From: Eledone cirrhosa
Taxonomy: Eukaryota
Direction of reading: 5' to 3'
Length of the DNA stretch: 64,000 nt
Assembly (NCBI GenBank): GCA_964016885.1
Contig: CAXHJY010000133.1
Location: 186,001 to 250,000 of the forward strand
Each line of letters starts with the position of its first letter. Position 1 is the stretch's first letter. The notes below the pieces were generated by a model. It was not told where the DNA came from, made no database searches, and was given only the letters and a program-made list of their open reading frames with translations. A program made the translations under genes and the position numbers. Shown here in pieces: positions 11,945 through 26,537 of the stretch.

Positions 11945-12290
11945 TTGAAACAGTGTAATATACGTGAACGGCAAAGCATAAATGAACTAAGTGAGAAATT
12001 AGGAATAAGAGGAATCAGATGTTGTTTACTCGAGAGAAGACTACGTTGGTATGGTCACGTGATGCGCATGAAAGACGACAGCTGTATAAAAAAGTGCAGG
12101 GCGATAAAAATAGACGGTAGCCACGGAGTAGGCAGACCCAGAAAAACCTGGGACGACTTGATAAATTCCAACCTCACACACTTACACCTCTCCAAGACAA
12201 TGTCACTGGACCGAGATCTTTGGTGCTACACAGTAATACAGAAGACTCGCCTTGCCTAAGTACAAAGCGAAACCTACAGTCAGTAGGCAC
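11945..12290 (+). mobile_element. RTE LINE 3' fragment
   Basis: Encodes ELSEKLGIRGIRCCLLERRLRWYGHVMRM...GVGRPRKTWDD...DRDLW. Confidence 0.85.
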
Positions 12291-12329
12291 CTCTAACAAA
12301 AATACACACCCGCCCCACCCCCACCCCCT

Positions 12330-12628
12330 TTTGATGTAAAGTTATGTTGGTACCACAACATCCAGGCCGAAATAAATGAGGTCGTGTAGGTGTCACGAAA
12401 AAAAAAAACACACACAGTCCACGCTGAAATGTGGCCGTGTACACAGTAAAAACCTCTCAGTCCACACTGTAAATGTGGTTGGTGTTAGGAAGGGCATCCA
12501 GCCGTAGAAAACCAGCCAGACAGTCCTATATGAGCAAGACAACCACCCTTGCCTCAAGTGGGAAAACTCCCGTCCAAACCCATGCAAGCGTGGAAGATGG
12601 ATGTTAAACGATGATGATGATGACGATG
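12330..12628 (+). mobile_element. SINE family A variant (body and tail)
   Basis: GGTTGGTGTTAGGAAGGGCATCCAGCC...(GAT)n. A close relative lies at 39160-39470. Confidence 0.8.
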
Positions 12629-12724
12629 AGTGAAGTTTGAAATGGAAATAGCTTTTGCCGTATTTTTGACTAGCCTGATAGTGGGCGTTAAAAAACCCTC
12701 TACAAAATGGAAAAGGATGAGTAT

Positions 12725-12795
12725 TGACGTACATTGGAGTCGAACCCACATCTTTGGTTATCCAGACCACTGTGCTACCATTACACCAACGCATC
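12725..12795 (-). pseudogene. tRNA-like head (tRNA pseudogene or head of a fourth SINE family)
   Basis: Minus strand GATGCGTTGGTGTAATGGTAGCACAGTGGTCTGGATAACCAAAGATGTGGGTTCGACTCCAATGTACGTCA. A box, B box, D arm and anticodon arm (loop CT-GGA-TA) are recognisable, but the acceptor and T stems are mismatched. Confidence 0.55.
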
Positions 12796-13565
12796 ACCCA
12801 TCCCTTTCCATTCAAATTAGGAGCTACATTCATAGAAGTATAAATATTTTATTATTTAGAGATATAAAATGATAGACATATATGCATCGTGAGTTTTATA
12901 TAATTTTAATAGACATATAAACAGTATATATTTCATTAGAAATATAGTAATGAAAGGGGTTAAACCCAAAATATCATACCCAGAAATCTTCTATGAAATG
13001 TACCCCCGCCACACACACACACACACACCTACACCACCACTGCCACTGTCACACCTCTATGAAGTTGGTATGTAGGGAAAGTTGTTAGGTAGGTATGTTG
13101 AAGTTATAGGGTGGAGTGGAGTAGTGCTGTGGTGTGGTATGGTGCAGAGTAGGGGTTGGTGGAGGGGTCGGAGGGGGTGGAGTTTGATGGATCCAGAAGT
13201 ATTAGTCAGTAATTATTAATTAGCTGTGAACACACCCCGCCCTCCCACCCACCCCACCCGTCAAAAAAGGGGTTTGTAGTGGTGGTGGTTAGTGAAATAA
13301 CAGTTTATCTGCTAGCTGATTGGTTGGCTGGTTGAACAGACTGGGTTTACTATTACTACTACTGCTGCTACTACTACTACTACTACTACTAGTACTACGA
13401 CTATTACTACTGCTATTGTTACTACTACTACAATTACTGGTACTACTACTCGTACCACTGCTGCTGCTACTACTACTACAACAACCACCACTACTACTAC
13501 CACCACTACCACCACTACTACCACCGCCACCACCACTACTACAAGTATTACTACTACTACCACCA

Positions 13566-13599
<34 letters not shown>

Positions 13600-13714
13600 T
13601 TGTTCTTCCTATTCCGTATAACCATGACCAGTCCGAGCTGGGGATCCGCTAAGGTGAAACAATTGTTCTCGGTATGGTGGACTAACTGTTGTGTTACCAC
13701 TTCTATATATATAT

Positions 13715-14050
13715 ATATCATCATCAGTTTACGTCCGCTCTTCCCTGCTTGCAAGGGTGGGACGGGAACCAACTCTGGCTTGATTTCTACAGCTGGATGC
13801 CCTTCCTAGCACCAACCTCATTTACAGTGAGTGCTGGGTGCTTGTTTGCCGTGGCACCCCCACGACCACTTTGCAGTGGAATGATAGGGACCCCATTCCC
13901 TATCATCTCATTTCTACAGCTGAGTAAACTGGAGCAATGTGAAATAAAGTGTCTTGCTCAAGGAAACAACACATCACCCGGTCTGAGAATTGAACTCACA
14001 ACCTTTCGATTGCAAGGCCAATGCTCTAACCACTAAGCCATGTGCCTCCA
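13715..14050 (-). mobile_element. Full-length SINE family A
   Basis: Reverse complement of the 27222-27570 type, within (TA)n. Confidence 0.85.
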
Positions 14051-14470
14051 TATATAGATGAATAAATACTGCACTTTAAGCAGTATTTATTCATCTATAT
14101 ATGTATAATAGCTTTGCTTGTCTCCTTCTCATGTATATGACTTACGCAGTCACACTATCCACACGCCTGCATATGAATTGTTATCGCACTCTTCCTTTCT
14201 CAAAACTACTTCCTCAATGCCTCTTTAATATTTGGACTATTCCCTTGTTTTAACTGTTGCATGTATCCCACTCCATGCTTTTGATTTTGATTTTAATTTA
14301 ATTTGAATTTGAACTTGAATGTTTGTACAATTATTGTACAATTCTCGTAAAATATATGTCACATCCATTCCACCTTGTAAATACGAAACTGTTGCTCGCA
14401 ACATCAACTTATATGTATCTATATTATTGTTCAGTTGAATAGGAGGTTAATTATATGTGCAAACATTGAT

Positions 14471-14522
14471 AATGCTCCGATGACTCCAAACGAGAGTTCG
14501 GAAGAAACGATTGTCAGCAATT
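14471..14522 (+). ncRNA. Minimal type I hammerhead motif (CCGATGA variant) at the end of a Penelope-like terminal fragment (about 14054-14570)
   Basis: TGCT-CCGATGA-CTCCAAACGAGAGTTCGGAA-GAAA-CGATTGTC-AGCA. Helix I is TGCT/AGCA and the cleavage triplet is GUC. Same family as the arms at 53067-53425. A perfect hairpin opens the fragment at 14054-14100. Confidence 0.6.
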
Positions 14523-14569
14523 AAATGATTTGAACACAACTTTGATAATTGTATAATTTATTGATTTAT

Positions 14570-14606
<37 letters not shown>

Positions 14607-15306
14607 ATACATATATATGTATACATATACATATATATGTATACATACGCATATATATGTATGTATACATATACATATATGTATAAATACATATATATGT
14701 ATGTATACATATACATATATATGTATGTATACATATGCATATATGTATATATACATATATATGTATGTATACATATACATATATGTATATATACATATAT
14801 ATGTATGTATACATATATATGTATGTATACATATACATATATGTATATATACATATATATGTATGTATACATATACATATATATGTATGTATACATATAA
14901 ATCATCATCATCATCATCGTTTATGTATATATACATATACATATATATACATATATATGTATGTATACATATACATATATGTATATATACATATACATAT
15001 ACATATATGTATATATACATATACATATACATATACATATATATATATACATACATATACATATATATATATAGAGAGAGAGATATACATATATATACAT
15101 ATACATATACATATACATACATATACATATATATACATATACATATGTATGTATACATATACATATATGTATATATACATATACATATATATACATATAC
15201 ATATATGTATATATACATATACATATATATACATATACATATATATATATATACATATATATATATACATACATATACATATATATATATATATATATAT
15301 ACATAC

Positions 15307-15355
<49 letters not shown>

Positions 15356-15428
15356 TATACATATATATACATATACATATATATATATACATATATATAT
15401 ATACATACATATACATATATATATATAT
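14570..15428. repeat. Compound (TA)n/(TACA)n microsatellite
   Basis: Directly visible. Confidence 0.95.
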
Positions 15429-17951
15429 AAGGGAAGCTGTGGAATCGCTTCTTGACTTCATGGATGATTTCTTCCTATCCCAACTGGTGCTCGAACCAAC
15501 GAGGTGCCACAAAAACGTCCTAGACTTAATTTTCAGCAATCACACTGACAATATCCACAATATTGCAGTGGAGAAAACTCTACTCTCTGATCATGACATG
15601 GTTCTCTGTGATCTGAGATTCCACCGTCCAATATACAAACCCAATGTCATCTCTCCTGTCCATCCGTTTGACGCTATGGATTTCCACAATGCAAACTGGG
15701 AAGCGATCAGTCATGATCTTGCACATGTCGACTGGTCCTTCACGCACACTCATACACCCACTAACATCAAAAAGTCCTGGCAGACATTTGTGGACACTGT
15801 TACAAACATATGTGCTAAACACACCCCATTAAGAACTATAAACAAATCTAAGAGCAGAATCCCTAGAAATAGAAAAACGCTCATCAGAAAAATTAAGAGA
15901 ACGAACAAAAAAATCAACAAGCTGAAATACTGTCAGCAGCAACACATCAACTTGACTGCCATTTCATCACTAGAGATTAAAAAACATAACCTCCAAAACA
16001 ACATAATGTCCCTCATCAACAATCAGAGAAGAGCTGAAGAGGCCTGGGCCATCAAACTCAATCCCAAAGTGTTCTTTTCATTTGCAAAAAAAACACAAAA
16101 TCACTGGCTCTACTGTTGGCCCTCTAATTGATGAAAATGGCACTCTTCAAGACGATGCTAAAACCATGGGTGAGATACTGCAGAAACAATACTGCTCTGT
16201 TTTCAGCAATCCTGATATGGCCGATCTGGGCTGTATCGGCGATGTTACTCCCCATTACACCTTATCGGACATAACGTTTGGCGCCCCTGATGTCTTGGCG
16301 GCAATAAAGGAAATCAAGCATAATTCAGCAGTAGGTCCCGATAGGTTCCCTGCTTGTGTCTTGAAGGCGTGTCAACACCAACTTGCATCTCCTCTTGCCA
16401 ATCTGTGGCGGAACTCACTGGATGCTGGATATGTGCCAGAAAACCTTCTATCCCAGTCTGTTGTCCCAGTTTTCAAAAAGGGAAACAAATCCCTTGCCGT
16501 GAATTACCGTCCAATCTCACTCACCTCTCATATCATTAAGGTATTTGAGCGAGTGGTGAGATCGCGAATGACCCACTTCCTTGAGAGTAACAATATGCTG
16601 AACTCCAACCAGCATGGATTCCGTAATGGAAGGGATTGCCTGACGCAGCTACTGCATCACTTTGATGACATTTTGAGAGCCTTGGGAGAGGGTTCCAACA
16701 CTGATGTTATCTACCTTGATTTCAGCAAGGCCTTTGACAGGGTTGATCATAACATTCTACTGAGAAAGCTGTCCAATATTGGTGTCACTGGAAAGCTGCT
16801 GCAGTGGATCAAGAGCTTCCTGTCAAACAGAACCCAACATGTTGTAGTTGAGGGAGTCAAATCAAGCCCAGCCAAAGTCAGTAGTGGGGTCCCACAAGGC
16901 ACTGTGTTGGGCCCACTTCTCTTCATCATCTATATTAATGACATCACTGACATCATCAAACACAGCAACATTAAAATTTTCGCTGATGATTCCAAGCTCC
17001 AAAAGGTCATCAATGGCGTGGATGACCGGATAAGCCTTCAGTCAGACCTACTGGCTGTTACCCAATGGGCAGAAAAGAACAACATGTTACTGAACGAAGA
17101 CAAATTCGAACTGATCCACTTTGGAAAAGAGGATGCTCTGAAACTCCCGTACTCCCTTCCCTCCGGGGAAACTCTCGTGGCATCTAACAACATCAGAGAC
17201 TTGGGAGTAACCGTGGACAGCAACATAAGCTGGACCACGCATATAAGCAGCAAAGTTGACATGGCCCGCAGAATGTGTTCCTGGATCCTCAGAACCTTCC
17301 AGTCGAGAGATTCCCGCACCATTATCCTTCTCTTCTCTACTTTCGCCCGACCACACCTTGAATACTGTTGTCCACTGTGGTCTCCCCACACGAAACAAAG
17401 TATCATGAAACTTGAAGCTCCTCAAAGGGCAATCACGAAAAAGATAGATGGCATGTCAGACCTTGACTACTGGGGTCGATTAGAAAACCTGAAACTTTAC
17501 TCACTCCAACGTCGCCGTGAGCGTTATATTATCTGCATGATGTGGAAAATGTTCCATCATCACTGCCCAAATGATGTTGGCATCGCCTTCAAGATACACC
17601 CAAGGCTTGGGCCCCGTGCTATCCGTCCCATTCAAAAATCTAAATCGCAACTCATAACAACAATACGGCACAATTATTTCACCTCAATCGGCCCTGCTCT
17701 CTTCAACATCACACCAGGACACGTCAAAACAGAAACTGACCACACAAAATTCAAGAAGTCTTTGGACAAATTCCTCCATGTAATCGGACAAACCACCCAC
17801 ACCCGGATATGTCTCCGCAAACAGTAATTCTCTTCTCGAATGGGCCATGGTGCCCAAATCCTGAATTGAAAGACTTCGCCAGGTGGTGCTATTAAGTTAG
17901 ACATGGCCTGGGCCAATACTGGCCAAAACATTTCAAAGTTATTCAAAGTTA
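15429..17951 (+). mobile_element. 5'-truncated CR1/L2-group LINE: end of the APE endonuclease, full RT, and 3' UTR
   Basis: Endonuclease end PTR..NVLDL..SDH. RT motifs NYRPISLTS, QHGFR, YLDFSKAFDRVDH, GVPQGTVLGPLLF, FADD and DLGV. Frameshifts at the A-run near 16086-16093 and near 17785. Tail (TTCAAAGTTA)x2. Inserted in (TA)n. Confidence 0.92.
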
Positions 17952-18150
17952 TATATATATATATAGATATACATATATATACATATACATATACATATAC
18001 ATATATATATACATATATATACATATACATATATATATACATATACATATATATATACATCTATATATATACATATATATACATATACATATATATACAC
18101 ACTATTATTAGAATGGTATTGAAGTGTGTTTACATTTAGGAGGGATACCC

Positions 18151-18303
<153 letters not shown>

Positions 18304-18342
18304 ATATATATATATGTATATGTATATATATACATATATATT

Positions 18343-18373
<31 letters not shown>

Positions 18374-18399
18374 GTGTATATATATGTATATGTATATAT

Positions 18400-18487
<88 letters not shown>

Positions 18488-18534
18488 ATACATATACATA
18501 TATATACATATATATATATATATCTATCTATCTA

Positions 18535-18730
18535 AGGCGGGTAAAATTCCCGAGATCCATGGACGAGTTCTCTCCAGCGGTCTCTGTCCCTCATCATCGC
18601 TGCCATGTCCTGCATCTCCAACAGACCAGTGTCTGTCCTTAGGGCATCAACATATGTCTTCCTTGTCAACCTTGGTCTTCCTCTTCTAGTGTGTCCATGT
18701 AGGGGCTCCCAAAGGATATATCTGGTGGAG
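18535..18730 (-). mobile_element. RTE LINE 3'-terminal segment
   Basis: Minus strand encodes [17 protein letters not shown]...[11 protein letters not shown]...[11 protein letters not shown], then a stop. Confidence 0.85.
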
Positions 18731-19168
18731 AGTGTTGAGAAGCCAGAGGGGATCACTAATGTGGGCGGGAGGCCGCTGGAATTGGTTGAGGACTTCCTGT
18801 ATTTGGGAGCAAGGATTGGGAATACGGAGGATGATGTGGTTGAGAGGAAGAGCAAGGCCTGGGCGGCGTGCCACAGCTTGAGATCGGTGTGGAAGTCGGA
18901 CCTTCGTGGAGACCTGAAAATCCGCCTCTTCATTGCTGTAGTGGAGTCTGTGCTGCTGTACGGGTCTGAGACTTGGACACTGACCAAGAAACTCACCCAG
19001 ATGGTGGATGGGTGCTACACGAGAATGCTGAGGATGGCTCTGAACATTAATCAGTATACACTGAGGATGAAAAACTCAGAGCTGTATGGGAGCATCCCAA
19101 AAGTCAGCTCAAAAGTGACACAGAGGAGACTGAGGTTGGCTGGACATGCTCACCGACATCCAGAGTTG

Positions 19169-19172
<4 letters not shown>
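18731..19172 (+). mobile_element. RTE LINE segment, inverted relative to the adjoining 3' segment
   Basis: Encodes LELVEDFLYLG...AW...VESVLLYGSETWTL...DGCYTRMLR...RRLRLAGHAHRHPEL. This immediately precedes LWEP in RTE proteins. Confidence 0.88.
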
Positions 19173-19225
<53 letters not shown>

Positions 19226-19229
<4 letters not shown>

Positions 19230-19297
19230 GGGTATCCCTCCTAAATGTAAACACACTTCAATACCATTCTAATAATAGTGTGTATACATTTTGGGGG
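19226..19297. mobile_element. Tc1/mariner-type MITE (diverged); a 61-bp identical inverted copy lies at 18094-18154
   Basis: TATAGGGTATCCCTCCTAAATGTAAACACACTTCAATACCATTCTAATAATAGTGTGTATA, related to 32117-32219. Confidence 0.65.
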
Positions 19298-19620
19298 AGC
19301 TAGAGAAGTATATTATATATATATGGTGGTAGTGGCAGTAGTATATATATACCATAAACATTATTTCCTTGTTGTATGTGTGTATGTGTATGTGTATGTG
19401 TATATATATGTGTGTGTGTGTATGTGTGTGTGTGCATGCCTGTGCATGTGTATATATATATATGTGTATATATATGTGTGTATGTGTGCTTGTGTGCATG
19501 CCTGTGCATGTGTATGTGTATATATATATATGTGTATGTGTATATATATGTGTGTGTGTGTGTGCTTGTGTGCATGCCTGTGCATGTGTATGTATATATA
19601 TATATATATGTGTGTGTGCA

Positions 19621-19661
<41 letters not shown>

Positions 19662-19764
19662 TTGTATGTGTGTGCATGTGAATGTGTGTATATATATATT
19701 AGTAAAATCCCAATGGAAGGCTCTCCCCATGTAAGCTTGCATGCTGTGAATTGGTTCACTGGTT

Positions 19765-20210
19765 GCAACATCAGTAACAGCAGCAATAATAGTAACAACA
19801 ACAACAACAACAATAATAATAGCAACAACAACAACAACAAGGACAAAAACAGCAGCAACAGTAACAACAGCAATAATAGCAACAACAGCAAGAGAAACAA
19901 CAATTACTATAACAACAACAACAACAACGACAAAAACAACAACAACAACAACAGCAACAGAAACAACAATAACTATAACAACAACAACAATAATAATAGC
20001 AACAACAACAACAACAAGGACAAAAACAGCAGCAACAGTAACAACAGCAATACTAGCAACAACAGCAACAGAAACAACAATAACTATAACAACAACAACG
20101 GCAAAAACAGCAACAACAACAGCAACAGAAACAACAATAACTATAACAACAACAACGACAAAAACAGCAACAACAGCAATAATAGCAACAACAACAGCAA
20201 CAAAGACAAA
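19765..20210. repeat. (AAC)n-based compound microsatellite
   Basis: Directly visible; gives the poly-Asn pseudo-ORF. Confidence 0.95.
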
Positions 20211-21184
20211 CAGACTGACAAGGGGACAGTGAAAGATTTATAAAGTCAAATTACCAGTAGAAAATTAGGCTCATTAAATAATTAATTGTTAATGCCCTGA
20301 TTAACAAACCTAGTGAACCCTTAATTAGACTTATCGAAATTAAGTCCAACCCATGTGTGTATGACCCAGATAAAAAGGTTAGGGTTGTGTGGTGGTCTGG
20401 TGTGGTAAGGGGTGGGGGCTGAGATAAAAAAAAAGTCAACAAGAGAAAGAAAGAGAGATCAGTAAATTACAATATAATGAGTTTAGTTTCATGCTTGAAA
20501 GAGTTGGAAGAGAAAAGAGTTTTAATGTTTTGGGTGATAAGCCTTCATCGAATGATAGAAAAAGTGGGAGAAGGGAAAGGAAAATAGATAAGAGTAAAAT
20601 AGAAAATGTATGTAGTTCATATATATATACATACACACACTCACACACTCACACATATATATGTATATACATATATATCATCATCATCATCATCACCGTT
20701 TTACGTCCGTTCTTCCATGCTAGCATGGGTTAGACGGATGTATATATATATATATCTTTTTAAATTTTACATTCGTCTCAAAATTTGGCGTAGAGAAGAT
20801 AAGTGAGAAATTGTCAATTTCCTTCTTTCGATGTTTATTTATATATATATAGATATATGTACTAATGTCTGTTTGTATTTATATAGCTGTTAATATATAT
20901 ATGTGTGTGTGTGCGTATATTCGTAATGGAAAATTGCTCATATAGAATAGCCGTGTTTAGGATAACAGAGGCTAGGAAATCGCCATTTCTCATCCCACCC
21001 TACATCTATCACCTTCCTGTATGCATGCCTGGCACTGTACACTCATGCACATAGCATGTTAAACCAAGTTCTGCTCAGCGCAGACACGGGGCAGACGGAG
21101 GCTCGGTAAGCCGTAGCGTAGGCAACCCGTCTAACAGAGCTACCACTCCAAATAAATTGGTGCGGGATAGAGAAGTCCCTTAAG

Positions 21185-21725
21185 TCCAGTAAGACAACTT
21201 ACCTAGTGCTAGTGGCACAAATAAAAGCACCCAGTCCATGCTGTAAAATGGAGGGATGGAGAGGGCCCCTGAGTTCAGTAAGACAACCTCTCTAGTGCTG
21301 GTGGCACAAATAAAAGCACCAAGTCCATGCTGTAAAATGGAGGGGTGGAGAGGGCCCCTGAGTTCAGTAAGACAACTTCCCTAGTACTGGTGGCTCAAAT
21401 AAAAGCACCCAGTCCATGCTGTAAAATGGAGGGGTGGAGAGGGCCCCTGAGTTCAGTAAGACAACTTCCCTAGTACTGGTGGCTCAAATAAAAGCACCCA
21501 GTCCATGCTGTAAAATGGAGGGGGTGGAGAGGGCCCCTGAGTTCAGTAAGACAACTTCCCTAGTACTGGTGGCTCAAATAAAAGCACCCAATCCATGCTG
21601 TAAAATGGAGGGGTGGAGAGGGCCCCTGAGTTCAGTAAGACAACTTCCCTAGTGCTAGTGGCACAAATAAAAGCACCCAGTCCATGCTGTAAAGTGGTGG
21701 TGGTGTTAGGAAGGGCATCCAACCA
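21185..21725 (+). repeat. 89-bp-unit minisatellite (about 6 units) ending in a SINE A body
   Basis: Unit CAGTAAGACAACTTCCCTAGTACTGGTGGCTCAAATAAAAGCACCCAGTCCATGCTGTAAAATGGAGGGGTGGAGAGGGCCCCTGAGTT. The last unit runs into GGTGTTAGGAAGGGCATCC. Confidence 0.88.
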
Positions 21726-21836
21726 GTATATATTAATGCCAAAAACTATGAGCACAACAAATAATGATGATGTTGATATATATATATACATATATATATC
21801 TATATCTACATATATACATATATATGTATATACATA

Positions 21837-21878
<42 letters not shown>

Positions 21879-22086
21879 TACATATATATATGTGTATATA
21901 TATATATACATATATATATGTGTATATATATATATATATACCATTCAACAACTGTTTTCTATCTTAGCAAGAGTTGGATGGGCTGTCACAGTGGTGATTG
22001 TGGTTGCTGTTGTTGTTGTAGTGGTTGTGGTGATGGCTGTAGTTATTGTGGTTGTTGTGATGATTGTAGTTGTTCTGCTGGTGCTT

Positions 22087-22608
22087 ATAATTGTTTCTAC
22101 TTTTGGCACAAGGCCAGCTATTACCTCAGTGCATTACTGGTACTTTATTTTATCGACCCCGTAAGGATGAAAGGCAAAGTTAACCTCGGCGGGATTTGAA
22201 CTCAGACCATAAAGGGCCGTAACTCTTTGCTGCAAAGCATGGCATCCGACCCTAATAATGATAATAATTGTTTCTACTTTTGGCACAAGGCCAGCTATTA
22301 CCCCAGTGCATTACTGGTACTTTATTTTATCGACCCCGTAAGGATGAAAGGCAAAGTTAACCTCGGCGGGATTTGAACTCAGACCTAATAATGATAATAA
22401 TGATTTCTGATCTAGGCAGAAGGCCAACAATGTTGGGCGGGAAGGACAGTCGATTAAGTCAACCCCAGTGTATTACTGGTACTTTATTTTATCGACCCTG
22501 TAACAATGGAGTTAACCATGGCTGGATTTGAACTCAGAAGGTAAAGGGACGTAACTCTATGCAACAAAGCATGGTTGTCCGACGGTCTACCAATTCTGCC
22601 AACTCACC
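22087..22608 (-). mobile_element. Three tandem SINE family B copies
   Basis: Same motif as 853-1940. Confidence 0.85.
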
Positions 22609-23181
22609 AATAATAATAATAATAATAATGATTTCATTTATTAGCCACAAGGGCCGACATGTAGGGGACAATACAAAGACAGGGACAGTGGGGGTTTACA
22701 ATAAGGTCCAGTAAAAGTGCACAATGGCAAGACTAATTTAACAATGAAAATATAAAAATATAAAAATAATAATAATAACAATCACCATTATCACTATGAT
22801 ATCGACGACGATGATGATTATAATGATGACAATGATGATGATGGTGATGATTATAACGATGATGTCCATGAGGATGATGATGATGATGATGATAAAAATG
22901 ATGATGATGATGATGATAAAAATGATGATGATGATGATGATGATCATGATGATATATCACTCTTCTCTACTGTAAATATGGAGTGTTAAAAACACCTCCC
23001 TCCCTGAGGCATCACAAGAAACATGAAGCTGAAGAGAAGTGAAGAATTACACCAGACATTCCTTTCCTCTTTCCCTCTTCTTTTCCTTCTGCCATTTTAC
23101 CATTATACCTCTGACAAATACCAGGGTAGGGGGAGTATTGTAAACAAGAAGAGGTGGTGGTTGCTAAGTAGCCACACACAT

Positions 23182-23275
<94 letters not shown>

Positions 23276-23373
23276 ATATATGTGACTATATATAGATAAA
23301 TATAGTCACATATATAGATATATATATATTTATATATATATATATATATACACAGTCATACATACACACAAAC

Positions 23374-23404
<31 letters not shown>

Positions 23405-23455
23405 TATACAGCCACATACACATATATACATATATATATACAGCCAAACATACAT

Positions 23456-23486
<31 letters not shown>

Positions 23487-23694
23487 CACACAACCTGACA
23501 TACATACTCACACATACACACATATATATACAGCTACACATACACGCAGACAGACTGAGATAGATGGATAGATAGATAGAGATAAAGACAAAGATAGAGA
23601 GAGATAAAGAGAAAGAGAGAGAAAGCTAGAGACAAAGAGAGAAAGAGACAGAGAGAGAGGGCATCAGTCTTGACTTATTATCCACTTCCTTCCT

Positions 23695-24555
23695 CCCACA
23701 CACCACCACCACACCACCCATACACCCACCACCCTCACAACCATACAGCGCACCACACCACCATACACCATACCATGCATCACACACACCACACCACCAT
23801 ACCACACCAAACCACTATACACAACACCATACACATCACATCATACACCACCAATACACCACACCACGCCCTTCCAGCCATAAACCAACCTCTCATATAA
23901 AACACACCACACCATACAGCCCACCACATCACATCATACACCACCACACCAATACACCACAGCACACCACCATACACCACACCACACCACAACACCATAC
24001 ACCACACCAAACCACTATAGACCACACCCTCCCAGCCATACACCAACCTCTCATATAAAACACACCACACCACACCATACACCACCAATACACCACAGCA
24101 AACCATACACAACCTCTCATATAAAACACACCACCCCATACACTACACCACCAATACACCAACCTTTCTCATATAAAACACACCACACCAAAGACAACAC
24201 ACAACCCACACCATACACCACACCATACACTACACCACACCACACCATACACTACACCACCAATACACAAACCTTTCTCATATAAAACACACCACACCAA
24301 AGACAACACATGACCCACACCATACACCACACCCCCACCATACACTACACCACACCACTATACACCACACCATACACTACAGCACACCACACCATACACT
24401 ACACCACACCACACTACACCACACCACTATACACTATACACTACACCACCGATACACCAAACCACTATACAGCACACCACCAATACACCACACCACTATA
24501 CACCACACCACACCACACCACACCACAATACACCAACCTTTCTCACATAAAACAC
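23695..24555. repeat. (CACCA/CACTA)n pentanucleotide satellite with a recurring CTCTCATATAAAACAC motif
   Basis: Directly visible; a similar tract lies at 40605-41020. Confidence 0.9.
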
Positions 24556-24650
24556 TGTGGCACTGTTAGTGAAACAGAAGCCTTCTAGCTGTGTATGATG
24601 ACATATCTCTATATTACTACCACCAACATGTTTATATAGACATACGTGTG

Positions 24651-24682
<32 letters not shown>

Positions 24683-25180
24683 CATACCACACATATGTAT
24701 ATATATACACACCATACATGTATATATCGACATACATGTGTATATATATATTACATACATGTATATATACCACACACATACATGTATATATACCATACAC
24801 ATACATATATATGTATGTGTATGGTAGAGAGGCACCACATAGATGTATATATAGACATATATATATATATTTTTTTTTTTTTAATATAAGGAACTGTTTC
24901 TTTGTTTTTTAATATAAGGAACTGTTTCTTTGTTTATTCATTATTTTTTTAATAATTTATATATATATATATATATACTACATACATACCACACACATAC
25001 ATACATATATATAGACACCACATACATGTTGATATAGACATATATGTATATATACTACATACATGTATATATATAGACACACCATACATGTATATATAGA
25101 CATACATGTGTATATATATTAGATACATGTATATATACCACACATATATATATATATACATACATATACATATATATATA

Positions 25181-25676
25181 TGGTGGCTGCCAACTCATTT
25201 TCGAGTACGGCCACTACTTTATATGAATGTAGGAGAACCCCTACTGATGCGCTGAACGAGTGTGACTTTTTAGTCCAGCCAGCGACTTGAAAACTCTGGT
25301 ACTAACACTACACTTGTGGCAATTACTGACACATAGTGCTGGGCCCATGGTAGCATGTGACGACAAGTGCAGAGAGATCTCCAGATATAAAGCAATGCCT
25401 GTGCCGTGAAGCTTTTATAGTGAGCAAAAGCACTGCACAAAGCCAGTCCCACTCTCTTAACCAAGATGATATTTACCAAAAAGAAGAACAAGTCAACATT
25501 ACTCTTAAGAGCTCCTTTGCCCTTTGACAGGTTTTGTTTTTAGTCCTGCAGGATGTCCAAAGTCACCCTCCTCACCAAGAAACCTTGGTGGGGTTGCCAG
25601 TTTAGTCGCCAACGACCCGACCATGAGACGGGTTGTACTGGGATACATGTTACCAGTAGCACCAACTGGTGGCCTA
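25181..25676 (-). mobile_element. Bipartite RTE-derived element, copy 3 (internally deleted)
   Basis: Matches 9811-10372 but joins AAGTCAACATT directly to ACTCTTAAGAG at about 25500. Confidence 0.75.
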
Positions 25677-25915
25677 ACATATAGACATACATGTATATAT
25701 ATACCACATATATGTGTATATATATATATATACCACATACATGTATATATAGACATATATGCATATATACTCACCACCAACATGTTTATATAGACATACA
25801 TGAATATATATTACATACATGTATATATACCACACACATACATGAATATATACCACACACATACATGTATATATATACCACATACATACATATATATAGA
25901 GAGAGGCACCACATA

Positions 25916-25987
<72 letters not shown>

Positions 25988-26537
25988 CATATATATATAT
26001 AATACATATATATATATATAGACACCACATACATGTTGATATAGACATATATGTATATATACCACATACATGTATATATATAGACATATATGTATAAATA
26101 CACACCACACACGTGTATATAGACATACATGTATATATATATACACCACACATATATATATAGACATGCATGTATATATACTCCATACATGTATATATAT
26201 ACCACACATGTATATATATACCACATACATGTTTATATACCACATACATGTTTATATACACATACATGTATATATATACACACATATATGTATATATATA
26301 AACTAATAAACTACACACATGTTTATAATAGACATACATGTATATATACACCACACACGTGTAAATATACACAAACACACATATATATATACATGCACAT
26401 ACACACATATATACATATACATACATGTATATACACACATGAATATATTACACATACATGTATATACACACACACATATATACATACACACACACACATT
26501 TATACACATACACACGTGTATTTATATATATATATAT

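Noticed and set aside
12725-12795. Functional tRNA gene
   Set aside because: The acceptor and T stems are mismatched and the anticodon is inconsistent with the arm structure, so it is treated as a pseudogene or SINE head.
14514-15430. Long YI/HT/CV-rich ORFs here and throughout the window (e.g. 32159-34422, 57955-59373)
   Set aside because: They are translations of di-, tri- and tetranucleotide microsatellites, with no protein-like complexity or splice support.
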